Part shown: positions 1 to 11,536 of the stretch, piece by piece
Layout: every line of letters starts with the position of its first letter
Numbering within the stretch: position 1 is the stretch's first letter
Source of the DNA: Basidiobolus meristosporus CBS 931.73
Lineage: Eukaryota; Fungi; Basidiobolomycota
Length of the DNA stretch: 36,558 nt
Assembly: GCA_002104905.1 (NCBI GenBank)
Contig: MCFE01000782.1
Location: 1-36,558, forward strand
Direction: 5' to 3'
Position numbers and translations under genes: made by a program
Notes under the pieces: model-generated
Told to the model about the DNA's origin: nothing
Databases searched by the model: none
Seen by the model: only the letters and a program-made list of their open reading frames with translations

Positions 1-1337
1 AACTATCCTAGCAACACCTGATAACTTCCACGCAACTGCTTTCCTGCCAAGATAAGCCCAACCCATTGCTGAGGATGCTGCTTTAGAATTTATGATGAGT
101 GGCATAACCCAGTTGGGAGCTCACTGTTCGGATGACTTCTACATGCAGTACAGCAACTCGGCACCAATCCAGGCAGCCACTGGCAACGCTTTTTTGTGTT
201 GAGAGCTGAGACCATGCTTGAATCGAAAAGTGTGGAGGTTGGGCCCAGAAATGAAAATGAGAATGTTGTGCATGGAGATAATCTCAAGCGCCCCCTGCGA
301 GCTTTCAACCCTCTAAAACACTGCCTAACCCGATCCCAGCAAACCTAGCAACTCTTATTTTAACCAGCCAAAATTTGGTTCCTGGCAACATCAATGCCTA
401 CCAATCGTAGCTAGCGGGTAACAGATTGGGTTAGTGCCAAACTGCAGATTTGATGATCCAAGATATACGTTGTGGTAGTATACTCGGCTAGGTATTTTGC
501 GTACCTTGAAATCACCAGATAAATATAGATTTACCATCACCAGTATCTGAGCTGCTAGGATATATTTAGTGCACATTCCATTGAATGTGGTTGAGGCATT
601 TCTCAAGCCAATTCTGGATATGCTATATTCTGTGAATAGCTTCGAAACTAACCCCATTAGGGCTACTGCAGCAATGACAGACCAACTCTTGTGCACAGAG
701 CACTGTCACGAGGCTGGAAATGGTAATGCGGCAATTGGAAATACGTACATGCAATACCTTGAGTCAACCGTATCATCCCGTTCAAGTGTTATGATATATC
801 ACACTCCATGGTAGGATTTACAACAGACCGTTGCACTGCTCGTGCATGCCTGTAACAACTACTTGGAACACACGCACACTGAGCTTTCAATTTCATTACT
901 ACAGCACATGCTGCTCAACTCCATTAACCAGCAAATCATCTTGTGTTATTATGCAAACGCGAGCATCTAGACTTCTTGCTTACGACCACTAGATACGTTG
1001 GCACAAATAAAATCTTTCCATGAATTTCCAAAATGGCTTTCTTTCTCTTGGTAATCAGAAGAGATATTATACTGTACAGGAAATTGAGAGGATAGGTGAA
1101 ACTAATATATAGAACATTTAAAGAGAAGAGATCGAATGAAGTATTGGCTCATGAGACTACTCTCTTACGAATGGTTTCTTGGTGAAAAAATAAGAGGGGA
1201 AGGGGAAGGGAAATGGGAATTTTCTATCCTATAAAGCTAAGACTAATAGCTTTCCTTACATTTTAGTGTCCGAAAATGGTAGTATTCCGTCAAAGTCAAG
1301 CTTGAGTCTGCAACAAACAGGTCATAGATTATGAGCG

Positions 1338-2545
1338 TTAGATGAGGTTGAAATCACTTTGCTGTCGAGTGGGAAACCCGCTTACCATACTCTTATCCTC
1401 GTTGATATCACCCTCTACTCCGTTGGTTTGAGTCTCAGTAGCAGCAGCTGCTTCACCAAGAAGTTCTATCCCGGGCATAGCATTCGGCTCGTCTTCAGCG
1501 TGGCTCATCTCATCCTGGTCCTCTTCGTTTGAATCTTTGCTTTCTTGCGAAGGACGTGCACGAAGCCAACCCATTCGCGTACCGCTCTTGCTTTTCTCGT
1601 TAACTTTGAATCCAAAGATCTTGGGTTTGTAGGTCACAGTACTGCATCTTTGGTAGGCATCAGGATACATCAACAGAAGGAACATATGAGCAAAGGTGGT
1701 GCCAAAGAACGCGCCTATGTTATCAGAAAACAGAGGTTAGAGTAAAGTAAAGCGCGTATTGGCAATTAATACTCACCATCGATATGGTGATATCTTGAGC
1801 TGGGAGGGGTGTAGATATCAGTGCAACTGGGGCAGTACAGCTTGACCGTCTCAACACCCAAGTTGTCAGAGCGACCAATGGGTAAAACCGGCATGCCATT
1901 GCAGTAGTATCTGGGGCAGTAGCCAAAATCGGCTCTTTCGTACTTTTCAATCTATTTATGAACGTGCAAGCGTTAGGTGGAGTTGTAGATTAAGGCGGAG
2001 ATATCTCTTTTAATAGGACAGTACCATCAAGTTCATTCCTTGGCGCGTAAGAATAAATCTTTGGTGAATAAGGCCATAAAGGCGCTCGGCTGAAGATTCT
2101 ATTATACTGTCGGTCTTCTCGGAATGATCGTCCTCTACAATAGAAAGCCGATACTTAGATTGCTATTTCGAAACAAGCGATCAGTCGAGAAAACATCACA
2201 AACCTGGTTCGATATCCAGAATCAACTCCAACGCCTCTCTATAAAGAGGGACGGTGGAGTTTAGGCCAGTCAAGTTGAAATCATCCTCAATAAATTCTTC
2301 AGCTACTTCGCAAAAGTATTCATTCCCAGTAAGTGAGCAGAACCAAGAGATCCAAGAGATCATCTCTTCAGAGTCGTGAGAAGAGTTTGATTCTTAAATG
2401 AAACCAAGATGTTACTCAACCAGGAAGACTCAACGTACGACCTATATTGCTGAACAGTACGCAATAACTCACCATAAAACTCATCCTCAACCTCCTCAAG
2501 GTCACCTTGGTTACGGGTTTGGTTTCTTTCCTGTTCTGCTTCCAT
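1338..2545 (-). CDS. CKB1: Casein kinase II regulatory (beta) subunit, 5 exons, ~307 aa
   Basis: Manual splicing: exons 2545-2473, 2392-2204, 2134-2025, 1951-1777, 1714-1338; GT-AG introns of 62-80 nt; total 924 nt in frame. The product contains [51 protein letters not shown], zinc finger CPRYYC...[13 protein letters not shown] and [10 protein letters not shown], all typical of CK2 beta. CKB1 versus CKB2 assignment is tentative. Confidence 0.93.
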
Positions 2546-3153
2546 ATCCGATTAACTACCAACAGTAGAAACTAGTTTAGCAATCACGCTTGGGAGGAAA
2601 GGGTAAAAGGGGGAACGAACCTAGAGATTAAGAGATACCAAAATTGGTGAGAGTAGCAAATACTTCGAAATAACTTCCAGACTCAACAGAAGGAAATCCA
2701 ATAGAAAGCTAAACTTGTAAAGAAAAAAAACGAGTACAGTAATGATTGAAACTTTCTAGTCAATTTTTCATTCAACTTTGAGAAATTTGAGTCAATCATT
2801 TTTGGATTCGTCAGTTTCTCGAACTGTATAACAAAATGATTCATCAATCATAGGCTCAAACTCTTGAAAACAAAGGGATAAATATCAGGTAAAAATCAAG
2901 CATGATCGGAATTCCACTGTTCTCCCCAACAACGTATCTTGATTGGTGGGCTGGTAGCATGACTACTCATGGACCACTGTTGAACCTTGGAATCGAATCC
3001 AAGTTGACGCATTGGTAATGACGCAACAGGTATTTCATTACATGCTCAGTATCAATGATTTAAACTACAAACTCCAAACACAAAGCCCCATTTGTTTATG
3101 TGCTTTATTAGTCATGAATTCTACAAAACAACACACATGGCCCAATGTCCAAA

Positions 3154-4491
3154 CTAATAATCCTCAGCGTCTTCTTCCTCAACCAACTCGGTACTTATCT
3201 CCTCATAGTCCTTCTCAAGAGCAGCGAGGTCTTCGCGCGCTTCTGAAAACTCCCCTTCCTCCATACCTTCGCCAACATACCAGTGGACGAAAGCTCGTTT
3301 GGCATACATAAGGTCGAATTTGTGGTCGAGCCGCGCCCAAGCTTCAGAAATAGAGGTGGTGTTGCTTAGCATGCATACAGAGCGACTCGCCTTAGAATGG
3401 TCTCCCCCAGGAACAGCTGCAGGTGCCTGGCTGTTGATGCCAACCTTAAACCCTGTTGGACACCAATCAACAAACTGTATGGTACGTTTGGTCTTTATAC
3501 TGGCAATGGCGGCATTGACCTCCTTTGGAACAACGTCTCCGCGGTACAGCAAGCAGCAAGCCATGTATTTTCCATGGCGAGGATCGCATTTCACCATTTG
3601 GTTATTTGGCTCAAAACACGAAGCAGTTATTTCGCTGACAGACATCGTCTCGTGATAGGCTTTCGAGGCAGAGATAATGGGAGCATATGTGATTAGCGGG
3701 AAGTGAATACGAGGATATGGGACCAAGTTTGTTTGGAACTCATTCAAGTCCACATTCAAAGACCCTGGGAAACGCAGGGAAGCTGTGATGGATGATACGG
3801 CCTGAGCAATGATGCGGTTAAGATTGAGGTAGGAGGGACGTTCAATATCAAGGTTGCGTCTGCAAATATCATAAATGGCCACATTATCCACCATAAATGA
3901 GCAGTCACTATGTTCCAATGTGGTATGCGTAGTCAGGATGGAGTTATATGGCTCAACAACAGAGGTGGCGACTTGGGGAGCGGGGTATACAGAGAACTCT
4001 AATTTCGACTTTTTGCTGTATTCGGTGGAGAGACGCTCCAGCAAGAGAGCCCCAAAACCAGACCCAGTGCCGCCGCCAAATGAACGGAAGACCAGAAAGC
4101 CCTGTAGCCCGTCAGCGGCATCGGCGATCTTACGGATGCGGTCAAGTACGGGGTCTACCATTTCTTTACCAATGGTGTAGTGACCGCGCGCGTAATTGTT
4201 GGCAGCATCCTCTTTACTACTAATCAGCTGCTCAGGATGAAATAGCTGGCGGTATGTACCGGTGCGTATCTCGTCCATCACAGTGGGCTCAAGATCAACA
4301 AAGACGGTTCTGGGAACGTGTTTTCCGGTACTGGTTTGGGAAAAAAAGGTGGAAAAGGAGCTGCCAGCTTCGTTATCGTTTGCAACTTGGCCATCAGACT
4401 GGATGCCATGCTCGAGACAATAAAGCTCCCAACAGGCATTGCCGATCTGGATACCAGCTTGACCAACATGAATTGAAATCACTTCGCGCAT
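3154..4491 (-). CDS. TUB1: Alpha-tubulin, single exon, 445 aa
   Basis: [13 protein letters not shown] start, [24 protein letters not shown] (catalytic E254), [18 protein letters not shown] and acidic tail ending in Tyr; uninterrupted ORF. Confidence 0.98.
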   Translation of the reverse strand: MREVISIHVGQAGIQIGNACWELYCLEHGIQSDGQVANDNEAGSSFSTFFSQTSTGKHVPRTVFVDLEPTVMDEIRTGTYRQLFHPEQLISSKEDAANNYARGHYTIGKEMVDPVLDRIRKIADAADGLQGFLVFRSFGGGTGSGFGALLLERLSTEYSKKSKLEFSVYPAPQVATSVVEPYNSILTTHTTLEHSDCSFMVDNVAIYDICRRNLDIERPSYLNLNRIIAQAVSSITASLRFPGSLNVDLNEFQTNLVPYPRIHFPLITYAPIISASKAYHETMSVSEITASCFEPNNQMVKCDPRHGKYMACCLLYRGDVVPKEVNAAIASIKTKRTIQFVDWCPTGFKVGINSQAPAAVPGGDHSKASRSVCMLSNTTSISEAWARLDHKFDLMYAKRAFVHWYVGEGMEEGEFSEAREDLAALEKDYEEISTELVEEEDAEDY

Positions 4492-6014
4492 GGTGCAAAT
4501 GTGTGTATAGAGATAAACAAGTTAATGTCGCACTATCTCTTTAGTTCTTTTATGACTTTTCGAAGTTAAGGGGCATGTTCCTGCTTGAATTTAGCCAATC
4601 ACGATTCGGAATCCCCGCTGTTGGCAATATGGATGAGCTCTCAAGGTGCGTTTGGTACTAGTTTTCGCAGAGCTCAGCTCTCTCCGGGTATCGCGACCAG
4701 AGTTGAGCAGGTTATGTGCCATGCATTGTAGCCAATTGTAGCCAGCGATTTTCACACACCATCCCTTTAACCATACAACCTCCTACACAAGGAATCAGCT
4801 CTGTTGTCATGTGGCATAATTGAGCGACAAAAACAATACCGGACATGCCATTTTCCTGTTAAATCCACAGGAGCATCTGCAGCATATGCCATATCTGTCC
4901 AATTACCAAGCATATCCAGCGCATAGAGTGGGAAGCCCACCTATTTTACCGCGGAAATCCTGCAAACAGATCGTATCTTCGTTGAAACTGGCCACCAACT
5001 GAAAAGCGCACAGAGTTAAGCACAACGCATCCAGTGAGGTTGCCAGATCGCAGAGGCGCCTTGGGATTGGGCGGTATGTAGTAGCCATACCAGATCGCAT
5101 ATACGATGTATGAGATTGTTATCGAGGTATCCGTATCTTGTCCCCGGTGTGAGACAAAGTTGACTCTTGCCCAGTGATCACGGGTAGCAGCATGACGAAC
5201 AGGTTTGATCATGTGGGTTGGATTCCGACCAGTTTGGATCAAGCTGAAAATTAGCCATGGGATGTGCGGATGCACCAAGGCATATCTATAAAATAAGCGG
5301 ATGTAAATAGTTACTGGGAAGCGGAGGTTCTACTCCCCCCAAGCTCAACTACCACAATGAAGGTGTCAGGGGTGAGTGGCCACGAAAGGGTAAAGGCTGT
5401 CTCCCAATCTTCAAGGAGGCAACCGAATGCAGGCAAATCGAATAAGCCATATTGGTTTCTGGTGGCCTTTGCCTCTGCCACGTAAATCCGGAGCGCTCAG
5501 CAACGGGTTCTTGTTGATTGCAGACGGGCATTGAAATCTTCTGGATCAATGTAGCTCGCAGTAAGATAGCCGCCGGTGCGTCGGTAACGGGCCACGAATT
5601 AGCAGCAATCTGGAGATGATAAAGCGCACTATAACATCTGGCCGAATTTATCGCCAGCCAATTTTGCTTGTCCCAGTAGCGTCTGTGAAACAGGATGAAT
5701 CAACAATCTGGTTTAGATCTTTCAGCCTTCACCAACAGGAGGGATTTGAAACTTTAGTTAAGACCCGTTTCAATGGCTACGAGTTGATTCTTGCTCGTAC
5801 AAATGATATTTTGCACTAGAGGTTGGAGGCCGAAATTCCCTCCAAACATTTATAAGCCTTCCATGGATACCAACTTCGTTGATCATCATTTCGTAGGCAA
5901 TAGCTCTGGGACCATAACTTGTTTCTGCCACTGTACAAACCAAGGACTCGCGCATACTGACAACCTAATCACTTGTATATATCAGCTAATTCTACTTCTT
6001 GATTTGTCCGAGTT

Positions 6015-6716
6015 ATGCTGGCTTTTAAATGTATACTTCTGCGCCAACTTCAGCCACTACTCTTCCTTGGCCTCATCCTGCTGATTAACGGACAATGTAG
6101 CCTTGGAAATGCCATTGCTGTCAGACGAGGGGTGGATGAGAGCCCGTCAGAACAGCCAGGGTCGATACCGCCGACAAAGGCCCAGTCCGCTTCTACATTC
6201 GATCTTGGTCTTTTCCTACTCTATGGGGGACTTGGGTTAGCTTGTGGGCTATCCGTTTTCGGGGCAATATATTATATCATCAAGATCCGTAAGGTGCTTG
6301 CACAAACGCAGGATCAGACCGTTGCGGGGTCGTCAACACCCAGTACCACACTCGGAGCGGAGGACTTGAGTGGGCTGGTGGTCGTCAGCTATTCCATCAA
6401 AGAGAAACCGCAACTGTCAGCCATCCATTTTGATTCTGATGTGTGCGCAATATGCCTTAATGAATACGAGGACCTGGATCAACTTAGGACGCTGCCGTGC
6501 TTGCATCAATTCCATAGGTACGAGTGTCCTGGTTCATCTGATATGTTGATATTTGTGTAAATAACCGATGTATGCTCCAACAGAGACTGTGTTGATCCCT
6601 GGCTTCTAGCCCGCTCCTCTTTATGCCCCATATGCAAGCGTGACTGTAGTCCGGCTGAGAGCCGCGCAAGAAAGATGCGAAAATCGTGGTATGATGAACT
6701 ATACATCTACCTTTAA
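6015..6716 (+). CDS. Membrane-anchored RING-H2 E3 ubiquitin ligase, 2 exons, ~211 aa
   Basis: Exons 6015-6517 and 6584-6716 (66-nt GT-AG intron) complete CAICLNEY...LPCLHQFHRDCVDPWL...CPICK. N-terminal hydrophobic signal-like segment and one TM helix (LGLFLLYGGLGLACGLSVFGAIYYII). Confidence 0.85.
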
Positions 6717-8496
6717 ACTGCGCTGGCATCCAAGGTGATTCCCACGTTTCCTCATCCGTGGTTGTAAATATACACTCCCGACTGAACCTGTACACTCCCT
6801 CTTGAAAACGACGCGTTCGATTCAATTCAATTCAATTCCCATCATCAATATTCTTATCCCATGGCCCCCTAAACAGTAAATTGAGTTCTGGAAATTCTGA
6901 ATCATCAAAGTTTCATTGCTGACGAACATGTAGTTGAGCAACGGATGTACAACATACCAAGAACATTGACATCATCACAGTGCTACCGAATATCCATCTC
7001 ACAGATCCTCATCAACATGGCCAAGTGGAGCCCCCTTCCATCCACAGATCGTTGCATCTTTAGGGGTTAAATTGTGCACAAGGTCGTTCGATTACGATTT
7101 CCCACTGTTCAGAGCTCCATACATGGAGTATGAAAGCACGAGCTTCATCTCCGGCTCGAGTGTCTTTCAATGGGAATTCCAGCTCGGGGGTCCTTGACAA
7201 GTATCTGTCGAGGCCAGGCATGACAACAGACACCCATGCTTCAGATAGACATGTCCGAATACTGATCCTTGTAGATACGAGAAATATGAATCCTGGGATA
7301 TGTGTGATACCGAACAGGATATCACGTTGTGATAATCAACAGTGTTGAGCATGTGCAGGTATTTTGGATTCAATCCAAGTTGCAAGTGAGGAGATTAATA
7401 ACAGCAAATGCCTAGTGGAGCTCCGCAACGCAACCTATTTGTTGTTGTTCGCCCATGCATTCGCACACAGTTTAACGAAAGCGATCCACACTCTTCAACT
7501 TCACCAGGGATGCAGGTCTAGCTGAGAGAGCACGTACAGCGCTCTCCATCAACCATTGGCATTGCGAATCGCTTTCCCAAGCTCGCTCATTGTTAGATAC
7601 TTCCCAACTGATCATCATTCTCTCACGATAAGCGCAACGCATATCGCACAACCGACCATTTGTTCATTACCGCTGTTGGTGACGTCAGCTCGGATGTGTA
7701 CTTTCTGCACTAATTCGTCCAGCATTACTCCGTGAGTCAGCAATATCTGAAGCTGATACCTCAGGCCTACTTCGCCCACCAGCCAACGTGTATGGAATTC
7801 GCAGAGATAAGACCTGGATTTTCTCAACCGATTTATCATTCATATCAAATACCCAATCTGGGGAAAAGCGCAGCTTGCTGCAAATGGTTGGAGGTAAACA
7901 CAGCAGACTCGTGACTCAAGGGTTGTAAATAGAGTTATGAGAAAGAGGCTAAGCCTAACCATAAATCAAAGCCGAAAAACCGGATTCGTTGTCGCCGAAA
8001 ACTGGCTCCATTCAAGACAATCGTGCGAACTTGTCTATATATTGTCTGAGAAGCTTAAACACCATCAGGTGCTTTGTAGCTGGGCTCCACTAGATAATCA
8101 TTTACTGATTGGCACAATGTACTCTCTTCTTCGAGTCACGTCGTTTTAAGCCAAAAACGGGATTAATTCCCGAAGTGTCGGGAGTGTTGTGTTATGGGAA
8201 CCATTCGCCTTGAGCTAAAATCGGCCGGATTGCTTCGCGCGCAATCCGTCGGATGGGAACATTAGTAGAGAGCATTTCCTGGGATCCAAATGCAACGGGT
8301 GCGATACGTACGGCGTGATAGATAGCTGTACATCTATTACTTGAATTCTACTCAATTTGGGCCGGAGGTTTTCATCATCAGAATCCCTTGAAATATGTCA
8401 TTGTAGATCCTAGCCACCTATTGACTAATTGCTTCTGAGAACTCGGAATTGGACGCCGATTGCAACCAACACCACCCAAACACGGAGCATAGGGCT

Positions 8497-8504
8497 TATA
8501 AATA
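8497..8504 (+). promoter_or_regulatory. Candidate TATA box of the carboxypeptidase gene
   Basis: TATAAATA ending 54 nt upstream of the ATG at 8558. Confidence 0.45.
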
Positions 8505-8557
8505 CAAGCCTTCTGCACCACTTATTACTCACTCAGCCCCATTCAGCCCAACTGACG

Positions 8558-10076
8558 ATGCGTAGCTTCCTGCCGTTGATCTCGATACTTCTTTCCTCAA
8601 GCCTAGTGCTCAGCGCCCCTTTGGATGTAAACCCAACCGCTGTTCGCTACGATAATCACAGACTCGTCAGATTCAAAAGATCTGCGGAGATCCTGAAGTT
8701 TGTTGAGGGCCAAAGCTACGACATCTGGAAAAACACCGCCAGTGAACTCCATGTCCGGGTCGCCCCCAGAGAGTTTGATCTACTAAAGCACTTCGACCAC
8801 GAGGTTCTCATCGCAGATATCCAGAGCGATATCGATTACGAGGCTTCTCAGCAGAGAAAAGCTCAACTGGCCAAGAGAGCGGTAAGTGAGATGTATTTTA
8901 CCGTGGATGAAGCTAGACCTAACCTCTTTCGCTATCATGCAGACTGCAGACTGGCACGCCAGCTACCACACCTATACCGAGATTGTGGGCTGGCTCGACA
9001 CCCTTGCAAAGTCCAACCCAAGCTTGGTAACGCTCGTGCCCACCATTGGAAAGTCCATCGAGGGCAGAGATATTCCTGCGTTGAAGATCACCAGCAATAA
9101 TGGCGGCCAGAAAAAGCAGTTTTGGTTCCAAGGGTAAGCCCCAGTGGCCGTTTGTTCGTGTTCAGCCAACCCCTACTCACTACGAGTCGATGTGACACAG
9201 CTTGCAGCATGCCAGAGAATGGATCTCTGGCGCGAGTATGCAATATCTCGCGGATGCCCTGGTGAAAGGATACTCCAGCGACTCTTCCATCAAAACAATC
9301 CTCGATAATTTCGAGATCATCATTGTCCCGGTTAGCAATCCTGATGGTAAGCCAGTATACAATCCCTTTGAGCGCTTCCTCTTGCCAACCCTCGCTTGCG
9401 TAGGATACAACTACGCCTGGACCAAGGATCGTCTGTGGCGTAAAAACCGCCGTCTGGTGACTGGCAGCATCTATGGGGTCGACTTGGTAAGTAGAACCGG
9501 CCTCTGTTCTGTGGCATATTGCTCAAGTCTGAATGTTGGTAGAACCGTAATTGGCCTGATCATTGGAACCAAGGTGGCGCATCCAGCAACCCTCGCGATG
9601 AGACCTACTTGGGTACCGCTCCTGGGAGCGAGCCCGAGGTGGCGAACCTGATGAAATTCTACCTTCAGCAGCCACGTATTGCTGGTGCTATCGACTTCCA
9701 CTCCTACGGTGAGTTGATCATGTGGCCCTACGGATGGACAACTAGAAAGAGCCCCTGGGATCCTGAATTCACCCTACTAGGCAAGGGCATGAAATCAGCA
9801 GTCAATCAAGTCAACCCAAACAACAAGTATGTTCCTCAGATGGATGCCGCACTGTATGTTGCTTCGGGAGGAGCAGATGATTGGTTCTTTGGGGAGCAAG
9901 TTGCCAAGAAGCAAGGGTTCATTACTACCGGGATGACTGTTGAGCTCTCGCCTACTAGCAGCTCGCCTGGCTTTGTCTTGCCTCCCGAGAAAATCATTCC
10001 AGTTGGAAAGGAGGTGGTCGCCATGGTGAAGCACTTCATCCAATACGTCGACAAAAACCCACTACAACCCAAATAA
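8558..10076 (+). CDS. Secreted M14A zinc metallocarboxypeptidase (prepro-enzyme), 5 exons, ~425 aa
   Basis: Exons 8558-8881, 8943-9133, 9201-9346, 9404-9486, 9543-10076 (introns 56-67 nt, GT-AG; 1278 nt in frame). Signal peptide MRSFLPLISILLSSSLVLS, prodomain ending AKR, HAREW (Zn ligands), WRKNR, LNRNW, DFHSYG, LYVASGGADDW, TVEL (catalytic Glu). Confidence 0.95.
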
Positions 10077-10802
10077 CCGTGCCCCCTGCCCTTGGGCATG
10101 ATCCCTCGTGCAATCTCTGGAACATTCGTATTTGTACATATGTATTTGAGCTAGCCGTGTTGGAGCCAACAATGATAGTAAATTGACTTGAATCCTCAGT
10201 GTGCATCCTTTCACTTTTTGGGCCCTCGTCTCAACAACCACCTCCTCGCATTAATATGGAGGGATGTCAAACAAAGCAAAGAAAGGAAACCAACTGCGAA
10301 TTGGATACGGAGACCGTCGCAACATATCCACAATTGAAAGTAGTGACATGCACGGGTTTCTCTCGAATCATTACAGCTACTGATGAAACGATGTCGGCGG
10401 TAATGCTAGCTACGGTCAGAAGGGCGGAACTGAGTCAAATTCCTGAACACATGAGTGGTTGTTTGGGTTAGGGGCTCGTTCTATCCCACTCCACATTGCT
10501 CTCGTTCTGAAACATTCCTTGATTACTCTGACACTGATTTGCGGCTTCCTAATGACTATCTGTGACACGACGACGAAGATTGGTAGAATATAAACAAACG
10601 TTCATCGAGTATATTGGAGACATTCATTTCATGAGAAGATTAACAACCACTTGATCACACAGCAGAAAAATTAGGACCATTTCTTCACCACGATCAACTC
10701 TAAGAATAGGGAAGAACAGAAGATTGTTGTGAATGAACCAACGTGCGGTACATGATGGATTAGGTAGTGAATGAAGAAAAGAGGGAGGGGAGGTTCAGAA
10801 GC

Positions 10803-11536
<734 letters not shown>

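Noticed and set aside
1-1000. Short ORFs and protein-like frames with internal stops
   Set aside because: No recognisable domain; may be a decayed sequence cut by the window edge.
3012-4544. Many ORF-track calls antisense to or overlapping real genes (also across 8900-10100, 14900-15630, 19460-21270)
   Set aside because: Shadow ORFs of the true coding strand, mostly with non-ATG starts and no domain signal.
6900-7950. Possible decayed LRR/F-box-like coding remnant (RFPKL, IPNL words)
   Set aside because: Many stops in all frames and only very short motif resemblance.
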